Shown here piece by piece: positions 17,091-26,600 of a stretch of 64,000 nt of DNA. Each line of letters begins with the position of its first letter. Within the stretch, counting starts at the first letter, position 1. The notes below the pieces were generated by a model. That model searched no databases and had not been told where the DNA came from. It was given only the letters and a program-made list of their open reading frames with translations. The position numbers and the translations under genes were made by a program. Origin of the DNA: a virus; IMG/VR virus record IMGVR_UViG_3300042860_001108, positions 3,176 to 67,175 of that record, one strand, 5' to 3'.

Positions 17091-19847
17091 ATGAGCCTTG
17101 ACGTTCTTGCTCACCACCTTGCCACCAAGGGTCGCAACGGCGACTCCATGCTGGTCCACATGACCCCCGGCGAGGTCCACGGGCTGCACGCCCTGGCTCT
17201 GGCGCATGGTGGGCGGCTGACCATCAATCCCGAAACGGGTCTGCCCGAGGCGAACTTCCTGAAGAAGATCCTGCCGATGGTGGCAGGCTTTGCGCTTGGC
17301 CCTGCCGGGTTTGGTTTGATGTCCTCGCTGGGCGCTGCAGCCACCGTTGGTGGTGTGACTGCGCTGGCTACAGGCAGTTTGCAGAAAGGTCTGATGGCGG
17401 GCCTGGGCGCTTATGGCGGGTCAAGCCTTGGTGCGGGCTTCATGGGTGCGGGCGAAGGGGCTATTGGCGCTAGCGCAGCGGCCTCTGAAGCAGGCAGAGA
17501 AGCGATTGCTCGCAACATCATGGAACAGGGTATGACTGAAGAGGCCGCTCGGGCTGCAGTCATGAAAAACGCAGTGTCTGGTTCCGGCTTTCTGGACAAG
17601 CTTGTCGCAGGCGGTAAAGAGGTGTTTGCTCCGGGCGGGCTGAAAGCGCTGTCTGCTGGCCTGCCTGCAGGTAGCTTCTCGCCTAAGGTACTTGCTGCTA
17701 TGGCCGCAGCACCCATCGCGGCAGACGCGATGGTGCCCACAGTCACCCCTAGAGAAAGCAAACCAGGAGAAACCGGCTACATCCGCCCCCGCGTTATTGA
17801 CATGAGCAGCTTTGGGCAAGCTCCGGGATCATTTACAACACTAGACCCTATCGCTGCAAACCAAATCAACTACGGACCGCCTCCAGGCGGTGCGGCTGGT
17901 GGCATCGTGGCTTTGGCCGGAGGTGGCTGGACAGGAGACATCCCCGCTCCAGGGGATTCTCGGCGTGCTGAGTTCGAGCGTTATCTAGCATCGCAGATGT
18001 CTCCTGCAGAGTTTGAGCAAATGCGCGTTAATCCCAACAGCGTATTAAGCCCCACTTTTAGTAGGGATCTGGCGGCAAATCTGCAAGGCCAAAAAGACTT
18101 GGCTGCGCGAGGGTTGCAGTCTGTTTTTGGCGGCTCTTTCACAGGATTAGGCGGGCACTACCACCACGCAATACAAGATGCAAGTAGTCCGACAGACGCT
18201 GTGTCACGGTATTTGAACGCACTGACAATAGAAAAGCCAATGGGCGGAGGCATGGCAGGCGAGCAAGACCTTAATACGCTTCTTAACCAGTATGTTGGAA
18301 CCGCATTAACCGATGCTAATAGTGCAGCAGATACGCTTGCCAGAATGCGAGCATTGGGTTTTGATCCGTACGCGCCTAATCAAGCCGGAATGCTGGAAGC
18401 ACTAGACCCTGAGTTCCGCGACAAGATGTACTACAAGTACTCTGATCCAAACAGGGCGGATAAAAGCGCAGTTGACCCCAATCAAATTCTCTACAACCGG
18501 ATGGTTGCAGGAGTGCGAAATCCGTGGGAAATGGCTCCATCGCCGTTAGCCGTTGCTCCTGCCGCACCCGCACCCGAAGAGATTATTCAAGGGGGCATAG
18601 GCGCATTGCCTAGAGCAGACACAACGCAAGCACAGCCAACCACAACCGCCGCTGCTCCCGGCACAAGCACAGAATCCGCCTTTGTGTTGCCCAGGACCGG
18701 GCAAGCAGTGCAAGATTCCGGCACCGGCACCGTCACAGGTGGTGGGGTGACAACAAACACCACATCAACTACTCCGACCTTCCAATTGCCCCCCGCAGAG
18801 CAGATCACGCGCGTGCCTTCGGGCACCATCACAGGCGGCACTGTAACGGGCGCAATAGACACGAAGAAAGCGCTGGAAGAGTACGAAAAGACGGCACCCA
18901 CAGGCCGTGCGCCGACAATCACCAGCACCAACAAGTTTGACGGCTATGTAGGCGACGACAAGACGTATGGGGACAAGACGTCGTTTGCCCCACTCACGCA
19001 GCCTGGATTGGGCACCGCTGGCAGCGTTTCTCGTGGCACCGAGACCGCGCAAGACGTGTACAGGGAAGTGGGCAACCGCTACGCTCCGCCCACCTTCAAT
19101 TACAACGTGTCCAATACAGGCGCTTCAAAGTCCGCGTACGACTACCTCATGGGCCAGGGCGCGTATCCCACGAACCAGACCATGCCTGGGGGCGCTCCGT
19201 TGTGGAAGCCATATGTAGAAGCCGTGGGCGCAACTGCTCCCAATGCTTTCAAGCCCATCAAACGGCCTTCGGCCACAGGCACCACAGGCACTACCGGAAC
19301 GGCTTCCGGCATACAAACTTGGGTCAATACGCAAACCGGACATAGATATTACGCCCCGGCAGGGTTCAAGCCTCCGGGTGAAGGGTGGGTGCTGGAGGAA
19401 GCAGCAAGCTCCAACCCGAGTACGGATGGTGGCGGTGAGGGTATTGGTGGCCTTGGTGATGCCGGCGATGGCGGTGGCGGTGGTGGGTTTGGTGGGGGCG
19501 AAACTGCAAAAGCCGGAGGCCTGATGCACCTTGCTATGGGCGGTGCTACCGGAGGCCAGTACAACCTCGGCTCCTACTCTGACGGCGGCAGGCTCTTGCG
19601 CGGCCCGGGTGATGGCGTCTCCGACAGCATCCCGGCAACCATTGGGAATCGTCAACCCGCACGCCTTGCCGATGGTGAGTTCGTGGTCCCTGCCCGCATC
19701 GTCTCGGAGCTTGGCAACGGCTCGACCGAGGCTGGAGCACGCAAGCTGTATGCAATGATGGACCGAGTGCAACGCGCACGTCGCAAAACCACTGGCAAGA
19801 AAAAGGTCGCAGTCAATACGCGAACCGAGCGCCTCCTCCCAGCTTAA
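17091..19847 (+). CDS. Putative internal virion/ejection protein
   Basis: N-terminal GRNGDSMLVHMTPGEV...INPETGLPE; C-terminal GPGDGVSDSIPA...LADGEFVVPA; several AxGG motifs. Confidence 0.65.
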   Translation: MSLDVLAHHLATKGRNGDSMLVHMTPGEVHGLHALALAHGGRLTINPETGLPEANFLKKILPMVAGFALGPAGFGLMSSLGAAATVGGVTALATGSLQKGLMAGLGAYGGSSLGAGFMGAGEGAIGASAAASEAGREAIARNIMEQGMTEEAARAAVMKNAVSGSGFLDKLVAGGKEVFAPGGLKALSAGLPAGSFSPKVLAAMAAAPIAADAMVPTVTPRESKPGETGYIRPRVIDMSSFGQAPGSFTTLDPIAANQINYGPPPGGAAGGIVALAGGGWTGDIPAPGDSRRAEFERYLASQMSPAEFEQMRVNPNSVLSPTFSRDLAANLQGQKDLAARGLQSVFGGSFTGLGGHYHHAIQDASSPTDAVSRYLNALTIEKPMGGGMAGEQDLNTLLNQYVGTALTDANSAADTLARMRALGFDPYAPNQAGMLEALDPEFRDKMYYKYSDPNRADKSAVDPNQILYNRMVAGVRNPWEMAPSPLAVAPAAPAPEEIIQGGIGALPRADTTQAQPTTTAAAPGTSTESAFVLPRTGQAVQDSGTGTVTGGGVTTNTTSTTPTFQLPPAEQITRVPSGTITGGTVTGAIDTKKALEEYEKTAPTGRAPTITSTNKFDGYVGDDKTYGDKTSFAPLTQPGLGTAGSVSRGTETAQDVYREVGNRYAPPTFNYNVSNTGASKSAYDYLMGQGAYPTNQTMPGGAPLWKPYVEAVGATAPNAFKPIKRPSATGTTGTTGTASGIQTWVNTQTGHRYYAPAGFKPPGEGWVLEEAASSNPSTDGGGEGIGGLGDAGDGGGGGGFGGGETAKAGGLMHLAMGGATGGQYNLGSYSDGGRLLRGPGDGVSDSIPATIGNRQPARLADGEFVVPARIVSELGNGSTEAGARKLYAMMDRVQRARRKTTGKKKVAVNTRTERLLPA

Positions 19848-19856
19848 GGACCGATC

Positions 19857-21869
19857 ATGGCTGAACCACAGATCCAAGAAATCAGGCAGACGCAGACCAC
19901 AATCCCTGACTATGCACGTCCGTATGTCGAGCAGTTGCTGGGCGACGTAGCGGGGACAATGTATAAGTACAAGGCCGATCCGTCGAAGCCAGACGGCATC
20001 GCCCGTGATGCGGCAGGTCTGCCTATCCCGGAGTCTTTTCAGCCGTACCAGCAGTACCAGGGCGATCGCTTCGCGCAGTTCAGTCCACTGCAACAGAAGG
20101 CTTTTGCTCAAGCAGAGCAGATGGGACAGCCCAAGGCGATGGAGGACGCAGCGTCTCTCGCCGGTCTTGCAGGTCTTCGCGCACTGAACTACGGTTACAC
20201 GCCTGGGAAGGCTACGAACCAGTTTGCTGCGCCTACCGCGTATCAGCCGTCACAGTTCACCGCTCCAGGCGTGGACTCGTCTGACCTCAAGTACTACCAG
20301 ATGGGCGACCCTGAGCGCGTGCGCTCGATGGCGGTGCAGTCACCGACCATCAACGCTGCGCAAGCACAGTACGCGCCGGATCTTCGAGCCTATCAGATGG
20401 GTCCTGCCCAGGAGGTTAGGGGGAGCACCGTCACGGCACCAACGGCTACTGCAGCACAGATGCAGTACGCGCCGGATCTTCGAGCCTATCAGATGGGGCC
20501 TGCGGAACGTGTCTTCACGCAGTCTTTTGCGCAGCCCGGGTCTGCGTCGGCCTACATGTCGCCCTACATGCAGAATGTGGTGGACATCGAGAAGCGCGAA
20601 GCACAAAGACAGGCGGACATTGCATCTACTTCCCGAGGGGCTAAGTTTGCCCAGGCCGGGGCGTTTGGTGGTGCGCGGCAGGCCATCGAGAACGCAGAAG
20701 CGGCACGCAACCTTGCGATGCAGCAGGGAGACATCCAGACGCGGGGTACGCAGTCTGCTTACCAGCAGGCCCAGCAACAGTTCAACGCAGAGCAACAGGC
20801 TCGGTTGGCTGCGCAGCAAGCAAACCAGCAAGCAGGTCTCACTGTAGGGCAGCAAAACTTGCAGTCCCAGCTTGGTACGCAACAGTTGGGTGCGCAGACA
20901 GGTCTGCAAGCGGGCATGGCGAATCTCAACGCTGCGCAGCAGACAGCAGTTCAGAACCAAGCGGCGCAGTTGCAAGCTAGTGGCATGACTGCTCAGCAGG
21001 CACTGCAGGCTGCACTTGCCAATCAGCAAGCAGGTCTCACCGTGGGCCAGCAGAACCTGCAGTCAGCACTGGGCACTCAGCAACTAGGCACGCAGACAGG
21101 GTTGCAGACAACGCTGGCAAACTTGAGCGCTTCGCAGCAGGCAGCGGTGCAGAACGCGGCCAACAACCTCCAGGCGCAGGGGCTGACGGCGCAACAGGCA
21201 CTGCAGGCGGCGCTGGCGAACCAGCAGATGGGGTTCAATACCGGGCAGCAGAACTTGTCCGCAATGTTGGGCGTGCAGCAGCTAGGTTCAGGGCAGAGTC
21301 TGCAGGCGCAGATGGCGAACCAGCAAGCAGGGATGAACGCGCAGCAGATGGCTGAGCAGTCCCGGCAGTTTGGTTACGGTCAGCTTATGCAGGGCGCAGG
21401 GCTAGGCGCTCAGTACGGGCAAGCTGCGCAGCAGCTTAACGAGCAGTCTGGGCAGTTTGGCGCAGGCTTGGGGCTCCAAGGGTTGCAGACTGCCATGCAA
21501 GGTGCAGGGCAGCTTGGGCAGATCGGGCAGCAGCAGTTCGGCCAGAACATGGGTATGAACCAGTTGATGAGCCAGTACGGCGTTCAGCAACAACAGCAAG
21601 CGCAGAACATCCTTGGCGGGCAGTACCAAGACTTCTTGAATGCGCAGAATCAGCCGTACAAGCAGTTGGGCTTCATGTCCGACATGCTGCGCGGCTTGCC
21701 GATGTCGCAGAGCGCGACTACGATGTACCAGCAACCACCTTCTATGGGCTCTCAGTTGGTGGGTTTGGGCACAGCAGCAGCAGGCTTTGGTAAGCTGTTC
21801 GCCAAAGGTGGCGCAGTAAACAGTCGTCCCGCCGGGTTGGCAGAACTGGCTATCAGCAGAATGGGTTAA
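19857..21869 (+). CDS. Putative DNA ejection (pilot) protein, Gln-rich
   Basis: YMSPYMQNVVD, GAFGGARQ, Gln/Gly-rich repeats, hydrophobic C-terminal segment ending FAKGG. Confidence 0.7.
   Translation: MAEPQIQEIRQTQTTIPDYARPYVEQLLGDVAGTMYKYKADPSKPDGIARDAAGLPIPESFQPYQQYQGDRFAQFSPLQQKAFAQAEQMGQPKAMEDAASLAGLAGLRALNYGYTPGKATNQFAAPTAYQPSQFTAPGVDSSDLKYYQMGDPERVRSMAVQSPTINAAQAQYAPDLRAYQMGPAQEVRGSTVTAPTATAAQMQYAPDLRAYQMGPAERVFTQSFAQPGSASAYMSPYMQNVVDIEKREAQRQADIASTSRGAKFAQAGAFGGARQAIENAEAARNLAMQQGDIQTRGTQSAYQQAQQQFNAEQQARLAAQQANQQAGLTVGQQNLQSQLGTQQLGAQTGLQAGMANLNAAQQTAVQNQAAQLQASGMTAQQALQAALANQQAGLTVGQQNLQSALGTQQLGTQTGLQTTLANLSASQQAAVQNAANNLQAQGLTAQQALQAALANQQMGFNTGQQNLSAMLGVQQLGSGQSLQAQMANQQAGMNAQQMAEQSRQFGYGQLMQGAGLGAQYGQAAQQLNEQSGQFGAGLGLQGLQTAMQGAGQLGQIGQQQFGQNMGMNQLMSQYGVQQQQQAQNILGGQYQDFLNAQNQPYKQLGFMSDMLRGLPMSQSATTMYQQPPSMGSQLVGLGTAAAGFGKLFAKGGAVNSRPAGLAELAISRMG
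20367..20497 (+). repeat. 35-bp exact direct repeat inside the ejection protein gene
   Basis: CAGTACGCGCCGGATCTTCGAGCCTATCAGATGGG at 20367-20401 and 20463-20497 (96-bp period). Confidence 0.85.
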
Positions 21870-21872
21870 GTC

Positions 21873-23639
21873 ATGGAATTCGGAAACATAGCAAGTATCC
21901 TTTCCACGCTGCGGCAGTTGCCCGATCCGCAATTGCAGCAGTTCGCTGCAATGCACAAGAACGACCCCTTCTTGTTGCCGCTAGCCATACAAGAAGACAC
22001 TGCGCGTAAACAGATGCGCATGGCGGCACAAGCGCGGGCGATGGGTGGGGAACCGCCCAAGGTCGTAGACCAAGCAGTGGCTTCAATAGGCCAGATGCCG
22101 CAGATGCCGATGCCCCCACAAGGCCAAGGCGGGCCGATGCCGCAAGGTGGGCCGATGCCGCAAGGCGGGCCGATGCCGCCGCAACGCGGACCGCAGATCA
22201 ATATGCCACCGCAAGATCCGCGTCTTGCAGGACTGCCTACGCTCAAAACCGGCATGGCTAGGATGGCTGACGGCGGCATCGCTGGGTACCCCGACGAGGA
22301 AGAAGTTGTTGGCATGGCCGAGGGCGGCGTGGCTCGGTATAACGGGGCGACGGGCAGCGTGACTGAAGACATGCAAGACGACCCCAGTCTTCCCGTCATG
22401 GAACGCATTCGCAGGGCGCGGCTGCGTCAGGCATCAGGGAGCACATCGCTTGTTGAACGTCCGCTGCTGGACGCGCTAGTAGCGCGTTTGCGCGGAGAAT
22501 CTTCTTCGCCTGCTCTTGCGACTTCTGCCGCTGCTCCGTCCGCTCTCGCGGCTGCTGCCGCCCCCGTTGCTACACGCCAAGGCAAGACAGGGGTAGCAGA
22601 TATCGATGTGGGCCCGTCTATGGCCCCTGCGGCTGCGCCACAGCCTGGACCAGGGCCAGGGCCAGGGCCAGGGAAACGCCCACAAGCAGGGCCAGGGCCC
22701 GTAGCGGCAGCACCGACTGCACCGGTAATGGCACAGCCCACGGTAGCAGGGGCAAAAGAGACGGCAGCGCAGTTCTTAGACAGTGAAGGCCTTGACCGGC
22801 GACTTTCTGAAAACCAAGCCGCCGAAGATGCACGCATAGCTGCAGATCTTGCGCGTGCAAAGACCTTGCTTAAGCGCGACGACAAGGCAGGCGCAGGCCT
22901 GGAAGCGCTACTCAAAAAAGAAGAAGCTGGTTCCGCAAAGGAAATAGAGCAGTCAAAGGCTTTTGCAATCATCAACGCGGGTCTTGCCATGATGGCGGGC
23001 GGTTCTCCTAATGCGCTTCAGAACATCGCCCAAGGCGCAATGGTGGGTACCAAACAGTACCAAGAAGCGCTCAAAGATTTCAGTAAGGCTGCTAAGGAAC
23101 GCCAAAAGGCGTTTGCAAGCATCGAAGAAGCCCGCCGTGCAGAAGCCAGAGATGATGCGAAGGCGATGCTTGCGGCTGAACAGCGTGCTTCTGATGCATT
23201 CGCTGCCTCCCGTAAGTTTGCTATACAAGGCAGCATTGACTTGGGCGTAAAGCGTGCAGACATCGCAGGTAAAGCATATGACTCTGCGATGGCCCAATAC
23301 GGAGCTACGCAACGTACGCAGATGGAAATTGATGCTCGTGCGGCTGAAGGTAAAGCAAACCGTGAAGTACAGCGTGAAGTTGACCGCACTCCCGCAGAAG
23401 TACGCTTGATGGAGTGGCTGCGCGATCCTGAGAATCGCAAGCTGTTCTCAGAAGTGCAGGGTATTAAGCAAGCGCCTAAGACGCGTCAAGAGCTTATGGA
23501 GCAGTGGAGCAAAAACTTCATGTTGCAGCAAAAGTTCCCTGACTTTAACGACTTCGTGATGGTGATGAGCGCCGCAAGTTCGTCCGCGCCCGGTAGTGTT
23601 CCGCCCCCTGGAGCCGTTAAACTGAAGCCCGGTCAGTAA
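21873..23639 (+). CDS. Putative internal virion/ejection protein
   Basis: PMPQGG and PG repeats, MADGG/MAEGG motifs, helical C-terminal half. Confidence 0.65.
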   Translation: MEFGNIASILSTLRQLPDPQLQQFAAMHKNDPFLLPLAIQEDTARKQMRMAAQARAMGGEPPKVVDQAVASIGQMPQMPMPPQGQGGPMPQGGPMPQGGPMPPQRGPQINMPPQDPRLAGLPTLKTGMARMADGGIAGYPDEEEVVGMAEGGVARYNGATGSVTEDMQDDPSLPVMERIRRARLRQASGSTSLVERPLLDALVARLRGESSSPALATSAAAPSALAAAAAPVATRQGKTGVADIDVGPSMAPAAAPQPGPGPGPGPGKRPQAGPGPVAAAPTAPVMAQPTVAGAKETAAQFLDSEGLDRRLSENQAAEDARIAADLARAKTLLKRDDKAGAGLEALLKKEEAGSAKEIEQSKAFAIINAGLAMMAGGSPNALQNIAQGAMVGTKQYQEALKDFSKAAKERQKAFASIEEARRAEARDDAKAMLAAEQRASDAFAASRKFAIQGSIDLGVKRADIAGKAYDSAMAQYGATQRTQMEIDARAAEGKANREVQREVDRTPAEVRLMEWLRDPENRKLFSEVQGIKQAPKTRQELMEQWSKNFMLQQKFPDFNDFVMVMSAASSSAPGSVPPPGAVKLKPGQ

Positions 23640-23648
23640 GGAGTCGCA

Positions 23649-26600
23649 ATGCCCACGTATGACGTAACGGTCGAAGGTAAGACGTACGAAGTAAACGCTC
23701 CTGATGAGACCACCGCGTGGCAGTGGGCAAACTACACGCACCGACAACAGAAGCAACAAGCCCCAGCACCCAAAGAATCCACCATCGGCAGTGAGCTTGT
23801 TCGGGGAGGCAAGCAGCTTTTCTCCACAAGTCGCACGGGTATCGGTGCACTGGCTACGCCTGAGGAATCAGCCAGGGCCGGTGTTGAGCGCAGTCAGCAG
23901 ATAGCTGCTGAAGCCGGTGAAGGCCCGTCCTTTGCTGCACTGCGCAAAGCCTACGAGGAGCGGGGGCTGTTGCCTGCCGCAGGCGAGTTGTTGTCGCAGA
24001 TCCCCCGGGCGGTCGCTGGGCAGGGTGCACAGCTTGCTGCGATGGCCGGTGGTGCCAAGCTGGGTGCGATGGCTGGTACTGCCGTTGCTCCGGGCGTGGG
24101 GACGATTGCGGGCGGCATCCTGGGTGCAGGCGCTACGCTGCTGCCGCAGTTTTTTGGCTCCAACGTCGAGCGCCAAGCTGCCGAGCAGATGGAGCGTGGT
24201 GAGCAGGTCAAGATCGACCGTGGCGCTGCCGCTGCTGCCGCCGCAGGTCAAGCCGGTATCGAGGCCGCAGGCACGGCGCTGGTCTTGGGCAAACGCGTGG
24301 TCAAGGGTATTCTGGGGGTCACCGATGATGCGGCGCTGACTACAGCCAAGGCGCGTGAAGAGCTTGTCAAGGCTGCTGGACGGTCGCGTCTGGGTGCTGC
24401 GGGGCGTGGTGCTGCCGTAGGCTTGGCTGAGATCCCAGTCGAGGTGGCGCAGGCGGTTATCGAGCGCCGCCAAGCGGGGCTGGACGTGCTGTCTCCTGAG
24501 GCGCTCAGTGAGTATGGCGAGAACGCCTACCTTGCCGGTCTGGTCGGCCCGACCATCGGTGCAGCCACACGCGTGACTGAGCCCGGTGCTGCCCGCAGGA
24601 AGCTGGCAGTAGAAGAGCAAGCGAAAGCTGCTGAGGAGCGTGCAGCCGCAGCGAAGGCAGAGGCAGAAAAGAAGAAAGACCCGGGCTACGCGCTCAAGCT
24701 TGACGCTGACTACCAAGCGGCAGTGCAGCGCATGAAGGAGTTGCAGGCGGCGGTGCCCAAGCGCCCCGCCAAAGACGCACTACCCGAAGAGCAGATGGCC
24801 TACAGGCAAGCCGTCGATGCCCGCAACGCGCACCTCAAGGATGTGCTGCAGCCCTTGGCTGCTGAGTACGTGCCACGCAAGGCAGAGATTGCTCAGTTGA
24901 AGGAGCAGCAACGCGTTGCCGGGATGAGCCCACTGGAGTACCAGATGGAGCAGACCGAGACTGCGCCAATCAAAGGTATTGCGCCTGGAGAACGTGCGCG
25001 TACCACGGTTGAAGACGATGAAATTTTCCCGGCAATCAAGCCAACTGCCCCGACGCTTGCTTATGCAAAGCAGCGTATTGCGCTGGCAAACGAGCAAGCG
25101 CTGGCTGACAGTGCAGAGCCAAAAGAGCAAGCAGATATTTACGCACAGTATCTGCTACAAGACCCCGTAATAGCGCGGCAACTTGTAAACACAAAACCCA
25201 ACATCCCCAACCTGACAGCTAAGCAGAACACTTCGCTGTATAAAAAGCTGTCAGAGTTACTAAGCACACAAGAGCAACAAGAAGCAGCAGCACTTGAAAA
25301 AACGCGGCCCGATCTGTACGGACCCGGTGAAACCGCAGACACGTTTGCGCCTTGGAAACAGTCCATTGAAGCGGAAGAGCGTCTGCGTGAAGAAGAGGCG
25401 ATGGCGGTTGCGCCTGTCCGCAAGGAAGAGGCGGTCATTTCCCCGGAGCGGGAAGAACAGATCAAGGCGCTTGAGACGGCACGCCAACGCTACCGCGCTG
25501 CTGCAGACACGTACCTGAAAGCCAAGGGTACGCCCGATGGCCCCCGTGCGCTGCAGCAGCTTCTTGCTGCCCGTAAAGAGTACGAATCGTTTGCTCCTGC
25601 ACCTCTGGTGGGGCAGGCTCCGGCCCCGGTACTGTCTCCTGAAACCGAAGCACAGCTTGACAAAGCGCTTACTGAAGTCGCTGGTGCAGCGCCTGCTTCG
25701 GCGGAGGAACTGGAGTCCCGTATCCAGCGTCTGGCCGACACGCGCAAGACGGCTATTGCCAAGGTGTCGGAGAACGCATCTGAGCTTGCCCAGTACGAAA
25801 AGCTGACCCAGTACATGGGTACTCCCCAGGGGTTGTCGGAAGTTGCCCGTACGCCGGAGATGGCAGAGGCAGCTAAGCGGCGCATGACCCCGATGCTGGA
25901 GCAGGCGCAAGCTTCGCGTAACGAGGCGATTGCTGCGGCCATCCAAGAGATTCGACTGCAGCGCGATGCGTCAGGGCTTGTGCCGCTGGACAAGAGTGAT
26001 GCGGACCTGCAGAACGAGTTCAGAGCCAAGCTCAACGCGGATCTGCAACAGGCCAAGGGCAAAGCCAAGGTCGATGAGAAGAAGCGGCAGGAAGCGATTG
26101 CGCAGCAGCTTCAGCGTATCAACGCCCGCATACGTCAGATTGAGGGCGGCGACCGTGCAGGTCGTCTGCTGGGTTACGCGTCTGCGTTCAGGTCTGAGCC
26201 CGAGCGTGTTGGGGAACTGAACAACCTGTACAAGGCATACAGGAGCTTGTCCACGCAGCAAGGGCTGACGCCCCAGGCAGCGCAGCTTAACCGTACGCTG
26301 CAGAACCTTGTGGACTTCTACACGGTGGGTGGTGGCGCAGCTAAGCCCCGGGTTGTTGCCAAGGGTCCGCGTGAAGCGCGGCGTGAGCTTGTGCTTGGCG
26401 AGCGTGCGTTCACTGGGTACGAACCCACGGTTGAAGGCACCGAGGTGCGGTACAACAAGCCGCGCAAGATGGCTGAGTACAAGGCCACGCCCGAAGAACA
26501 AGCGCTTGTCGAGGATATGCGGGCTCGGGAGCTTGCAGAACTGAACGAGGCTGCAGACCAGCAGTACACACCAGAGACTTCAGACCGGGGCAAGAAGCAG

